Positions 9,428 through 18,213 of a stretch of DNA of 32,000 nt are shown here, piece after piece. The DNA lies in the NCBI GenBank assembly GCA_039920285.1, contig JBDSDX010000001.1:570001-602000 (forward strand), written 5' to 3'. Each line of letters starts with the position of its first letter. Within the stretch, counting starts at the first letter, position 1. The translations under genes and the position numbers were made by a program. The stretch is from Candidatus Saccharimonadota bacterium. Its GTDB lineage: Bacteria > Patescibacteriota > Saccharimonadia > Saccharimonadales > Saccharimonadaceae. The notes beneath the pieces were generated by a model. It was not told the origin of the DNA. It did no database searches and saw only the letters and a list, made by a program, of their open reading frames with translations.

Positions 9428-9441
9428 AACCCAACCCGCTC

Positions 9442-11112
9442 ATGTATAATCAAGGAAATATGTTCGAGGGTGGAATTAGTTTTACACAAGGGTCAGATCG
9501 CGCCGTTCGTTGGATCGCGCTTCTTGGGACTCCGGTGTATGCCGCCTACAACCTTCTGGTGTACTACGGGTTAGTCCATAGTAGTAACTATGCCGGCGAT
9601 ACGATCTGTTTGATTATCTCAGGTCTATGGGTTGCGCTCGGCGCCTATCACTTCTTTGCTCCAATTCGATCTCGATTCGATATGATGTGGCGTTTAGTGC
9701 TCTATCAAGCATTAGCTTTGGCGACTATTCTTTTCATTACTGGATTTTTGGAACCTTTCGCGTCATCAATCGCATTACTCTTCTTGGCATCAAATATATA
9801 TTTCGGGCGAAAAGCACTCCTCGTAAGTATGGGTTCAGTTTTCGTTGCTGCAGTTGTCGATGGCATTTTACGATATCCAACCGATCACTCGATCATTGGG
9901 ACCAACATCATGGGAGCAGGGGCGATTCTCGTCCTTGGTGCGGCGATGGTCGGTATTATTGTTGCTCAAGAAACTCGCCGTCAAACTTTAGTTCATAGTC
10001 AGGCCCAAGAGCGCCTACAATATGACCGTATCTTGACCATTATCAATAATCTGACCGACGCAACCTTCAGTACTGATCAAAAAGGGACGATTCTGATGTA
10101 TAACGCCGCCTCACTTGATCTTCTCGACACCAATGACAGCCTCAAAGGGAAAGATATCAGTGAAGTGTTTAATCTTACTGATAGTGACAAAAAGCCCGTG
10201 ACACTATTCGAGATCTTAGAGGCGTCAACAAAAGCTACCCGTAGTGATAGTTACTCACACACATACGCCGACGGAGAAGCAATCCGCCTTGAAATAACCT
10301 ATGCACCCATTAGAAGTACCTACAGTCGACATAAGAAAGCTCAGCTCCAGGCTGGTTATATCTTAATTGTGCGTGATATCACCAAGCAAAAAAGTCTTGA
10401 AGAAGAACGTGATGAATTCATCAGCGTCGTCAGTCATGAACTCCGAACACCAGTGACAATCGTTGAAGGCACGCTCTCAAATGTCCAACTTATTATGCAA
10501 AAACAAGACAAACCAGATAAGACAATGCTGACTGATGTTATTAACACCGCTCATGAACAAACCCTGTATCTTGCGAAGATGATTAATGACCTCAGCACCT
10601 TATCGCGCGCGGAGCGCGGAGTTGCTGACGCCGCTGAAGAGATTAGTATCCAAGAACTCATGACAACACTTCATGGTGCATATCAAAAAGATGCCAATGC
10701 ACGCAAGCTCCACCTTAATCTTGATCTTGCGCCACGTCTTGGCTATGTACATGTCAGCCGCCTCTATCTCGAAGAACTACTTCAAAACTTTGTCACGAAC
10801 GCGATTAAATACACCGAAAAAGGTAGTATCACAATGACAGCCAAACAAACCAAAGGTAAAGTTCGTTTTAGTGTGAAAGATAGTGGAATTGGTATTAGCC
10901 GTGGTGATCAAGTTAAGATCTTTAATAAGTTTTATCGAAGTGAAGATTATCGTATTCGTGAAACGAGTGGAACCGGCCTTGGACTGTATGTTTCTGCGAA
11001 ACTATCACATAAACTCGGTACCAAAATTGATCTCAAAAGCCGTCTCAACCATGGATCTGAATTTAGCTTCGAACTTCCTGCAACAGATACGAAGCAAGCG
11101 CCTAAAGCTTAA
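9442..11112 (+). CDS. sensor histidine kinase (multi-TM N-terminus, PAS-like, HisKA, HATPase_c)
   Basis: H-box FISVVSHELRTPVT, N-box LLQNFVTNAIKYT, G-boxes DSGIGI and GTGLGLYV. Confidence 0.9.
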   Translation: MYNQGNMFEGGISFTQGSDRAVRWIALLGTPVYAAYNLLVYYGLVHSSNYAGDTICLIISGLWVALGAYHFFAPIRSRFDMMWRLVLYQALALATILFITGFLEPFASSIALLFLASNIYFGRKALLVSMGSVFVAAVVDGILRYPTDHSIIGTNIMGAGAILVLGAAMVGIIVAQETRRQTLVHSQAQERLQYDRILTIINNLTDATFSTDQKGTILMYNAASLDLLDTNDSLKGKDISEVFNLTDSDKKPVTLFEILEASTKATRSDSYSHTYADGEAIRLEITYAPIRSTYSRHKKAQLQAGYILIVRDITKQKSLEEERDEFISVVSHELRTPVTIVEGTLSNVQLIMQKQDKPDKTMLTDVINTAHEQTLYLAKMINDLSTLSRAERGVADAAEEISIQELMTTLHGAYQKDANARKLHLNLDLAPRLGYVHVSRLYLEELLQNFVTNAIKYTEKGSITMTAKQTKGKVRFSVKDSGIGISRGDQVKIFNKFYRSEDYRIRETSGTGLGLYVSAKLSHKLGTKIDLKSRLNHGSEFSFELPATDTKQAPKA

Positions 11113-12220
11113 CTGAACGGCCTTTCCATTTGACCATGTTTCTTGTGTATCGTTCAGTGCTAATAAGAAGTGCAATCATTTCCTGGATCAAAACAAAAGG
11201 CCATAACAGTGCAGCCAGCCACCAACCCTTTTTCCAAATAGCTTTTAAATACGTACCATACAGTGCTGAGAACAAAAGCCAGAAGACTCCTGCAATAATG
11301 TGATGGACATTCCAACCTATTATAAAGCCGCTCAAGACGACTAAGAATGGAGTAAGCACAATCAGCATATCGAGGAGTGCAACGATACTGTGAGCGATCT
11401 TAGCACCCAATAACGGGTATAGGAGACGGATGCTCGTCTCAATTTGCGTCTGCCACTTCTTTTCGTAAGATATCCCCAGACTTTCAGCGCCCATCACAAA
11501 GCGATACTGGTGTGTCTGCATTAAAGCAGCCGATAATTGCGATTCGGGTTGAATAGCTGATTTAAATGCTGTAAATCCTTCCCAACGATTTACCAACATC
11601 TTCCGATCAATCATCCAGGCATTACTGGCAGTCGCCGGTGACGCTCGACGATGAAACATCACTTCCCAAAAATAACGAAGGGTGGAGAATATGACACTGG
11701 TTCGCCAGCCATCGTCGCGTCGAGGCATTACAGAGACCATCGATGCTTGTTCTGATTGAGCGTACGTCACTAACTTCTCAATCGAGTCAGGAGATACCCT
11801 CGTATCAACGCTCAGAAATAGAACGTACGTGCCACTCGCTTCATCCAAAAGTTCTTGTAAAGCGTGGTTTTTACCCAACCAGCCTTCACGAAGTCTTGTC
11901 CCTTCAACGAAGCGAACACCTTCACTCGCAAATGATTTAATGAGCGCAGGCGTCTTATCACCTGACATATCATCAAGAACGATAATTTCAAGCTTCGGAT
12001 AGGTACTTGCGATGACTCGTTCGAGACAGTCACTGAGCGCATGATATTCATTACGAGCAGGAATACATACAGTCACACTCGGTAACGCATCCACAGCTTC
12101 AGGTTTTAAGATAATCGATTGTGCACGGAAATGAGTGAAAGCAAAACGAAGACGCCATGCGCCTACCCCGAGAACAGCTAACAGTACGCTATAGAGAACA
12201 ACTAAGAATACTCCAAACAT
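11102..12220 (-). CDS. family 2 glycosyltransferase with C-terminal TM helices
   Basis: GT-A signature VCIPARNE...IIVLDDMSGDKT. The 3' end overlaps the kinase gene convergently by 11 nt. Confidence 0.75.
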   Translation of the reverse strand: MFGVFLVVLYSVLLAVLGVGAWRLRFAFTHFRAQSIILKPEAVDALPSVTVCIPARNEYHALSDCLERVIASTYPKLEIIVLDDMSGDKTPALIKSFASEGVRFVEGTRLREGWLGKNHALQELLDEASGTYVLFLSVDTRVSPDSIEKLVTYAQSEQASMVSVMPRRDDGWRTSVIFSTLRYFWEVMFHRRASPATASNAWMIDRKMLVNRWEGFTAFKSAIQPESQLSAALMQTHQYRFVMGAESLGISYEKKWQTQIETSIRLLYPLLGAKIAHSIVALLDMLIVLTPFLVVLSGFIIGWNVHHIIAGVFWLLFSALYGTYLKAIWKKGWWLAALLWPFVLIQEMIALLISTERYTRNMVKWKGRSVKL

Positions 12221-12239
12221 ATTCTTTTATGATATCACC

Positions 12240-12269
12240 TTGACGATGTGGTCTCAAATACGGTATAGT
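12240..12269 (+). promoter_or_regulatory. candidate promoter of secE-nusG
   Basis: TTGACG (12240-12245), 18-nt spacer, TATAGT (12264-12269). Confidence 0.5.
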
Positions 12270-12279
12270 ACTACTTGAC

Positions 12280-12308
12280 AGTCTGCAGAAGCAGACTATT
12301 TTATTTGG
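12280..12308 (+). promoter_or_regulatory. terminator-like hairpin in the secE leader
   Basis: AGTCTGC-AGAA-GCAGACT followed by ATTTTATTT. The same bases could instead be the spacer of a second promoter, TTGACA(12275)-16-TATTTT. Confidence 0.35.
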
Positions 12309-12338
12309 TAGGAATTAACAGGTTAAAAGGAGAGGGTA

Positions 12339-12653
12339 GTGGCAGACACAAAAGTCACCCGCATAGTCGCAAGCGACGCAAAGCCGAAAAAGACGGTTGT
12401 AAAGGCTAAAAAAGCCACAAAACAATCAAAACAGCCGCGTCCCGCACCAACTAATCCAATCCTTCGTGGATTGTCGAGCTTTGGTGGCTATTTCATAGGT
12501 GCATGGCAAGAGCTTCGACTCGTTCGATGGCCAGACCGCCGCTCAACCTGGGGTTTAACACTTGCAGTGATTTTATTTAGCGTCTTTTTCGCGGTAGTCA
12601 TTCTGCTTCTCGATATCCTGTTTAAATATTTATTTGAACTGTTACTCCGTTAA
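12339..12653 (+). CDS. secE: preprotein translocase subunit SecE
   Basis: GTG start after AAAGGAGAGGG. Lys-rich N-terminus, ELRLVRWP motif and one C-terminal TM helix. Lies directly upstream of nusG. Confidence 0.85.
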   Translation: MADTKVTRIVASDAKPKKTVVKAKKATKQSKQPRPAPTNPILRGLSSFGGYFIGAWQELRLVRWPDRRSTWGLTLAVILFSVFFAVVILLLDILFKYLFELLLR

Positions 12654-12688
12654 AAAATTAAATTAAGATCTGAAAGAAAGAAACGATA

Positions 12689-13234
12689 ATGTCAATAAAC
12701 CGCTATGATTCATCACGACAATGGTACGCCATTCACACATACAGTGGCTACGAAGAAAAAGTAGGCGAAAGTATTCGTCAGCGTATTAACGCTGTTGATA
12801 TGGCCGACAAGATTTTCGACGTCATGGTCCCTAAAGAAAAACAAATCGAAATCAAGAACGGCAAACGTAAAGTCGTTGAAAAGAAGATTTTCCAAGGCTA
12901 CGTCTTAGTGGAAATGAAGCTCACTGACGAAACATGGTACATTGTTCGTAATACTCCTGGCGTGACCGGCTTCGTCGGTACAAGTACTCAACCAACTCCT
13001 GTTTCTGAACCTGAAATCTCGAAAATCAAGAAGCGCATGGGTGTTGAAGATCCAAAGCACTTCATCGACTTCTCTGAAGGTGAAGTGATCAGCATCACCG
13101 ACGGTCCTTTTAAGGGCTTCGATGGTTCTATCTCTGAAATTGACAACCAAAAAGGTAAAGTCAAAGTCATGGTTAGTATGTTTGGTCGCGATACTTCAGT
13201 TGAGCTTGACGCACTGCAGGTCAAAAAGGTCTAA
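12689..13234 (+). CDS. nusG: transcription termination/antitermination factor NusG
   Basis: WYAIHTYSGYE NGN start and a C-terminal KOW domain (GPFKGFDGSISEID...VMVSMFGR). Confidence 0.95.
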   Translation: MSINRYDSSRQWYAIHTYSGYEEKVGESIRQRINAVDMADKIFDVMVPKEKQIEIKNGKRKVVEKKIFQGYVLVEMKLTDETWYIVRNTPGVTGFVGTSTQPTPVSEPEISKIKKRMGVEDPKHFIDFSEGEVISITDGPFKGFDGSISEIDNQKGKVKVMVSMFGRDTSVELDALQVKKV

Positions 13235-13236
13235 TA

Positions 13237-13665
13237 ATGTCTTGGCCTGGCGAACCGATTCCAAGTGATCCAGCCGATGTACCGTTTAACTATGAGCGGT
13301 CTGCCTCTGTCGCTTTGGCTGATATTGCCGAAGCGAGCACACACCTTAACGATGTCTTTATGGTATTCAAGGTACTCCTCGACAGGTATAAAAAAGAGAC
13401 AGATGATGAGCTAAACAAAAAATCATTACTTCGTGTTGGCCAACATATCAAGGTATTGACGGACCGAGGTATCCACACCTCAATCAACGACCTCATACGT
13501 GAGGCTGAAGACAAGGCTCATCTCCCCTCATTCAATCCTCAGGGTGCTCGAACAGAAGGCGCAATCACAAAGGAATGGGTTGATCCCAGCGAACACTTAA
13601 ACCTTCATTCCGAATTTCTTCGGGTCATCAGTAACCTCGATACACACCCTAGTCAAAAAGGTTAA
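13237..13665 (+). CDS. hypothetical protein translationally coupled to nusG
   Basis: ATG 2 nt after the nusG TAA. 142 aa with no recognisable motif. Confidence 0.5.
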   Translation: MSWPGEPIPSDPADVPFNYERSASVALADIAEASTHLNDVFMVFKVLLDRYKKETDDELNKKSLLRVGQHIKVLTDRGIHTSINDLIREAEDKAHLPSFNPQGARTEGAITKEWVDPSEHLNLHSEFLRVISNLDTHPSQKG

Positions 13666-13669
13666 ATTC

Positions 13670-13678
13670 TGCTACAAT
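13670..13678 (+). promoter_or_regulatory. extended -10 element upstream of rplK
   Basis: TGCTACAAT lies about 52 nt upstream of the rplK ATG. Confidence 0.4.
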
Positions 13679-13730
13679 ACTTTAGTTACGCACTAAATAA
13701 GCTTCAAATTATTTAGTACAAGGAAAAAAT

Positions 13731-14156
13731 ATGGCAAAGAAAATTATTGGAAATCTAAAACTTCGTATTCCAGCTGGTCGCGCGACTGCAGGTCCTCCTG
13801 TTGGTTCAACGCTCGGTCAATGGGGTCTGAATATGATGGATTTCATCAACCCGTTCAACGATGCAACCAAAGATATGATGGGTAAAGATGTCATCGTCCA
13901 CATTCAAGTGTACGAAGACCGAACTTTTACATGGAACTCACTGGGTCAACCAGTTGACGACATGATCCGTGAAGCAGTGGGTATCAAAAAGGGAAGCGCG
14001 AAATCTCACACCGACAAAGTTGGTAAGATTACTCGTGCACAACTTGAAGTTATCGCTGAAGCGAAAAAAGACCAACTCAATGCCATCGACATGGATGGTC
14101 GTGTCAAGGTTATTGCAGGCACCGCACGCTCAATGGGCGTCGACGTCGTCGCATAA
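13731..14156 (+). CDS. rplK: 50S ribosomal protein L11
   Basis: Matches L11 over its full length (LRIPAGRATAGPPVGSTLGQWGLNMMDF...). Confidence 0.95.
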   Translation: MAKKIIGNLKLRIPAGRATAGPPVGSTLGQWGLNMMDFINPFNDATKDMMGKDVIVHIQVYEDRTFTWNSLGQPVDDMIREAVGIKKGSAKSHTDKVGKITRAQLEVIAEAKKDQLNAIDMDGRVKVIAGTARSMGVDVVA

Positions 14157-14175
14157 CGATATTCCTATCTTAAAG

Positions 14176-14203
14176 AGCCGCACTTTCGGGTGCGGTTTTT
14201 TGT
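14176..14203 (+). terminator. intrinsic terminator after rplK
   Basis: Stem CCGCAC / GTGCGG with loop TTTCGG, followed by TTTTTT. Confidence 0.8.
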
Positions 14204-14263
14204 TGCTTTTCACTGAAGAAAAGCTTATGTTAAAAGGAGTTATTGAATAGTGAGGGGAGTCTC

Positions 14264-16051
14264 ATGCACGCCAACGAATTACACGATCAGGAACCAATAG
14301 AAGAACTGCCGACTATTGAGGAGCCAGGGTCTCCCGAAGATACTGGAGTGCAACCCGAGCAACAAACTCATGTGCCAAAAAAGAAAAAACATACCAAATT
14401 AATTGTATTGATTATCACTCTCATTATTCTGCTAGCTGGAGCTGGTGTTGCAGGGTGGTGGTTTTTCCTTAGGCAAAAACCAGTCACAGATACGACCCAA
14501 ACCTCTTCAAATACGACGAAACCTATTCCCGTTTCTGATGCAATTGCTCGATTTACCACACCAACAACTGGAGAAACATGGCTCAAGGCACCATTACCAA
14601 TCACAGATCTTGGCTATATTGCTGATGCTGATGCATCCAATGGTATTGAAGTAAAATACTACGAAGTCGGTAAACACGGTGAAAATAAGATCATTATGGC
14701 GACAGAATCGAGTATTGGTCAATATATCGAGCTGTTTGAACAAGGGCCAAACGGTGAAGCACATGTCATTACACGCCCAAACGCAAACGTTGACTACACG
14801 TTAAATAATAATGACCCCGTAAAAAGCTACGAAGGTACTGGCCACTGGGCATACAACATCATAATTGACAGTACAACACACTATGATTCACTAAGTATTC
14901 CTCTCTCCATCCAACTCAACACAACTGATGCTCTCGCACCTTCAACTTATAACTCACTTGGGTACCTTACGAACACCGATTCCGACACAACGACTCGAAC
15001 AGTTGTCAAAAAGTACGGTGGTTCGACTCTTGTTAAACTTCAACGAGCCTACGTTGATACCAAATTAACTGCGGTCAACTACGCACTGGAGCTTCCGACA
15101 GGAACAACCGTGTATCTTACGTACACACCAATCCCAGAAAAGATCGATGCCTATACATGGACAGATGGCAAGACTCGAAGTGGCACCATTAGCGGTGTCA
15201 TCCGTGGATGTGGCGCAGTCGGCTCATCAGTCAGCCGACTCGACGGCGCAACCGATGCCGACTTTGTCGCAGTCGCTAAAACGGCGGATAATCGCACTGT
15301 CTACGGTTTCAAAAACGACACTCATCCGCTCTTGAAAGTTGATTATGATGAATACATTCAGTCGTTAAGCTATCAAGATAATGCAACACCTCTTCCATTT
15401 GATGGCTACATGGCTGATCATGCAATGCTGGCATATAAGAATGGTTCAAATGAATGGCTCATCTATAGCCAAGACAAATATGCCCTCGTTGGTGGCTGCG
15501 GTAAACCAGTCGTGTACCTTTACCCGACAACAACAACCAGTGTAAACGTCAAAGTTGGCGCCAACGTGACTGTTTCAGAGCCTTTCTACAACCCTGCAAC
15601 AGGTTGGAAGAACGTTACCGCAACTCCAAGTGGCCAATTGAGCTACCAAGGAAAAAGTTACGACTCACTCTTCTGGGAAGGGACGGGATTTGGTTCATAT
15701 CCAGGTATCACCAGCGGAACGGTTGTCGCTCATGCGCAGGTTGATGCAACAATTCGTTCACAATTAACGGCTCAGGGACTTAATGCAAAAGAAACAAACG
15801 ACTTTATGGAATTCTGGGCATCGCGTATTCCGAATACCTCATATGTACGTTTGTCTTGGTTTAGCACTAAAGATCTCAATATTTTAGCTCCTCTGACTAT
15901 TAATCCAGCGCCTCAAACACTTATCCGTGTCTTCCTTGATATGCAAGGACTCGATGCATCGATCCCTATACCAAGCCAGCACTTCACAACCCCTGCTCGT
16001 AACGGCTTTACTGTTGTCGAATGGGGTGGCCTCCTGAGTGGTATCAAGTAG
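14264..16051 (+). CDS. single-pass membrane protein with large extracytoplasmic domain, unknown function
   Basis: ATG 14264 after GAGGGGAG; the track start is TTG 14243. Acidic N-terminus, KKKKHTK followed by TM helix LIVLIITLIILLAGAGVAGWWFF, then about 520 aa outside the membrane. Confidence 0.6.
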   Translation: MHANELHDQEPIEELPTIEEPGSPEDTGVQPEQQTHVPKKKKHTKLIVLIITLIILLAGAGVAGWWFFLRQKPVTDTTQTSSNTTKPIPVSDAIARFTTPTTGETWLKAPLPITDLGYIADADASNGIEVKYYEVGKHGENKIIMATESSIGQYIELFEQGPNGEAHVITRPNANVDYTLNNNDPVKSYEGTGHWAYNIIIDSTTHYDSLSIPLSIQLNTTDALAPSTYNSLGYLTNTDSDTTTRTVVKKYGGSTLVKLQRAYVDTKLTAVNYALELPTGTTVYLTYTPIPEKIDAYTWTDGKTRSGTISGVIRGCGAVGSSVSRLDGATDADFVAVAKTADNRTVYGFKNDTHPLLKVDYDEYIQSLSYQDNATPLPFDGYMADHAMLAYKNGSNEWLIYSQDKYALVGGCGKPVVYLYPTTTTSVNVKVGANVTVSEPFYNPATGWKNVTATPSGQLSYQGKSYDSLFWEGTGFGSYPGITSGTVVAHAQVDATIRSQLTAQGLNAKETNDFMEFWASRIPNTSYVRLSWFSTKDLNILAPLTINPAPQTLIRVFLDMQGLDASIPIPSQHFTTPARNGFTVVEWGGLLSGIK

Positions 16052-16060
16052 TCCTAACCC

Positions 16061-16089
16061 TTGGCGATAATCTCTATTTGTGCTATAAT
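16061..16089 (+). promoter_or_regulatory. dedicated promoter for rplA
   Basis: TTGGCG, 17-nt spacer, TATAAT with the extended TGC, followed by a ~75-nt leader. Confidence 0.55.
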
Positions 16090-16168
16090 AGATATATAAC
16101 AATCAATGTTGGGAGGTCTTCAAGTTATTACTTGGGCCGCTTGCACCACAGAAAGGGTTTATACCTAC

Positions 16169-17179
16169 ATGGCAAAAAAAGCTGACCTGCTTGCACAGGC
16201 AAAAGAACTTGGTCTTACATTGACCGACAAGAATACTATCGCTGAAATCGAAACAGCAATTGCTGGCGTTTCAAACGCTCCAGTTGTTGAAGTTGTCGAA
16301 ATCATTGAGACTGAAGAAATCGTTGCTGACGAGAAAGTTGCCAAAGCCGGCAAACGAAGCGCAAAAGCGATTGCTGAAGTTGAAGCAAAAGAAGACAAAG
16401 AAGCGCGCAAAGAAGCAGGTGACACCACTCCTGTTGATGGCGACGCTCCTGTCGTAAAGCGTGGCGCCCGTCCCGTTACTCGTCCACTTATCGAACGACG
16501 TGGCAAAAACTACCGTAAAGTTGCCGAACAAGTCGAAAAAGACACTGTCTACACTCTTGCCGATGCGATTGAACTTGCAAGCAAGACGAATCCTTCAAAG
16601 TTTGACGCCAGTGTTGAGTTTCACGTTCGCTTGAACGTTGACCCTCGCCAAGCTGACCAAAATATTCGTACAACTGTTTCATTGCCAAACGGTACCGGTA
16701 AGAAAATTACTGTTGCTGTCTTCGCTCCTGAAGCAGATCACAAAGCAGCCAGCGCTGCTGGTGCTGACATCGTCGGTGACGAGACATTCCTCGCTCAACT
16801 CGACAAAGAAACGATCAACTTTGACGTTTTGATTGCCACACCACAATACATGCCTCGTCTTGGTAAATATGCACGTCTCCTCGGTCCACGTGGCCTCATG
16901 CCAAACCCAAAGAGCGGTTCTGTTGCAACTGACGTCGCGAAAGCCGTAACTGAAGCAAAAGCTGGTAAAGTTGAATACCGTGTCGACAAGCAAGCCATTG
17001 TTCACTTGAGCATCGGTAAAGTAAGCTTCGGTGCGGCAAAACTTCTCGAAAACGCACAAAGCTTCTTCGACAGCCTCAACAGCCAAAAGCCAACCACCAT
17101 TAAGGGAAGCTTCGTTAAGTCAATTAGCGTTAGCACCACTATGGGTCCTGGTATCAAGGTTGAGAACTTTATCAACTAA
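16169..17179 (+). CDS. rplA: 50S ribosomal protein L1 with ~110-aa N-terminal extension
   Basis: The canonical L1 sequence starts near residue 111 (RGKNYRKVAEQVEKDTVYTLADAIELA...FDASVEFHVRLNVDPRQADQNIR). The ORF continues upstream to ATG 16169 with no internal start codon. Confidence 0.9.
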   Translation: MAKKADLLAQAKELGLTLTDKNTIAEIETAIAGVSNAPVVEVVEIIETEEIVADEKVAKAGKRSAKAIAEVEAKEDKEARKEAGDTTPVDGDAPVVKRGARPVTRPLIERRGKNYRKVAEQVEKDTVYTLADAIELASKTNPSKFDASVEFHVRLNVDPRQADQNIRTTVSLPNGTGKKITVAVFAPEADHKAASAAGADIVGDETFLAQLDKETINFDVLIATPQYMPRLGKYARLLGPRGLMPNPKSGSVATDVAKAVTEAKAGKVEYRVDKQAIVHLSIGKVSFGAAKLLENAQSFFDSLNSQKPTTIKGSFVKSISVSTTMGPGIKVENFIN

Positions 17180-17195
17180 TTCAGTTGATCTTCAT

Positions 17196-17227
17196 AAAAA
17201 GATCCCCGTGATGGGGATCTTTTTTTA
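17196..17227. terminator. bidirectional intrinsic terminator
   Basis: AAAAAGATCCCC-GTGAT-GGGGATCTTTTTT. Serves rplA (+) and the convergent minus-strand gene. Confidence 0.85.
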
Positions 17228-18013
17228 TTGTTTTACGTTTTCAGATTCAATAATATGTACGGGCGCAGATATAGGGACCTCCCGGCGGTGATCAAACAAA
17301 AGACCCGTGACTGTTTGTCCCAGCATTGCCTGAATCATACCTCGAAACGTCGAAGCAGTAATCTCAACAGAACCAGTCGCAGCTTCTAGCTGCTCAGCTT
17401 CCTGTGCTGTTCCGATACCAGCAGTCACATCAAATTCAGCCATACGAAAAGCCGAGGGATGACGAGCCTCAAATAAACGACGCAGTTTATGAATTGTTTG
17501 TAAGTGAGCATCTTTTAATTCACGCTCTTTACCACCGGTATTCTCCTGTAATGCGATAATTTGGTCTTTTTGATTATCGATCGTCCGAAGACTTTGAGCA
17601 TAAAGATCGCCGGTATCTTCAAATTGAACAATTGGGATTGAACGTTCGAGCGTCGTCGAAACAAAGTTATCAATCAGTTCTGGCATCAATTGACCACGAA
17701 CACTTCCGTGCGTCAGGTTTATCGTTCCTTCATGAGCAGCGACGGTAACATCAGCGACAAGTCGACGACGTTCAGCCTCGTAAAATGTCACATTGTGAAC
17801 AGCAGCCATCGCCACATCGAGTGCACGTATTTCAATAAGAGGACGGGCGTAATCACTTGCGTCCTGTGGACCGATAGGCTCAGGGTGTATAAAGTCGGAG
17901 TAGTGCCGAGGACCGATGAAATTCTCATCCATTACCTGGCGACGACGCGCTTCGAAGGTATCGTCAAATGATAATCGTTGGGTATTAGGTTGAAATGTTT
18001 CACCGTGAGTCAT
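17225..18013 (-). CDS. hypothetical protein (262 aa)
   Basis: ATG 18013 lies 8 nt after AAGGAG; the track ORF extends to 18082. No recognisable motif. Spot G+C is about 50%. Confidence 0.55.
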   Translation of the reverse strand: MTHGETFQPNTQRLSFDDTFEARRRQVMDENFIGPRHYSDFIHPEPIGPQDASDYARPLIEIRALDVAMAAVHNVTFYEAERRRLVADVTVAAHEGTINLTHGSVRGQLMPELIDNFVSTTLERSIPIVQFEDTGDLYAQSLRTIDNQKDQIIALQENTGGKERELKDAHLQTIHKLRRLFEARHPSAFRMAEFDVTAGIGTAQEAEQLEAATGSVEITASTFRGMIQAMLGQTVTGLLFDHRREVPISAPVHIIESENVKQ

Positions 18014-18213
18014 CGTGACTACTCCTTGAACTGTTGTTGATAAAAGTACGTTTTTGTTTGGTGGTATACTGTGGCTTGCCACTAGTGTACCATAAGCGCC
18101 ATCACTGTTGTGAAAAATTCTTATATTTTAAGAGGCTAGTGTTGATTCACTGATTGCGATACTGCATATGGTGTGCCATCATAAAAGTATTACAGCTCTT
18201 GGGGAGGAGAAAC

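Noticed and set aside
12221-12338. Expected tRNA-Trp upstream of secE
   Set aside because: The 118-bp gap holds only promoters and one short hairpin, with no cloverleaf or T-loop (GTTCGA-type) sequence. I found no tRNA-like sequence in any intergenic gap of the window.
16090-16168. rplA leader (contains GGGAGG) as an L1 autoregulatory binding site mimicking the 23S rRNA L1 stalk
   Set aside because: The idea is plausible because rplA has its own promoter here. However, I cannot reconstruct the consensus L1-binding structure from memory well enough to support it. It needs a covariance-model scan.
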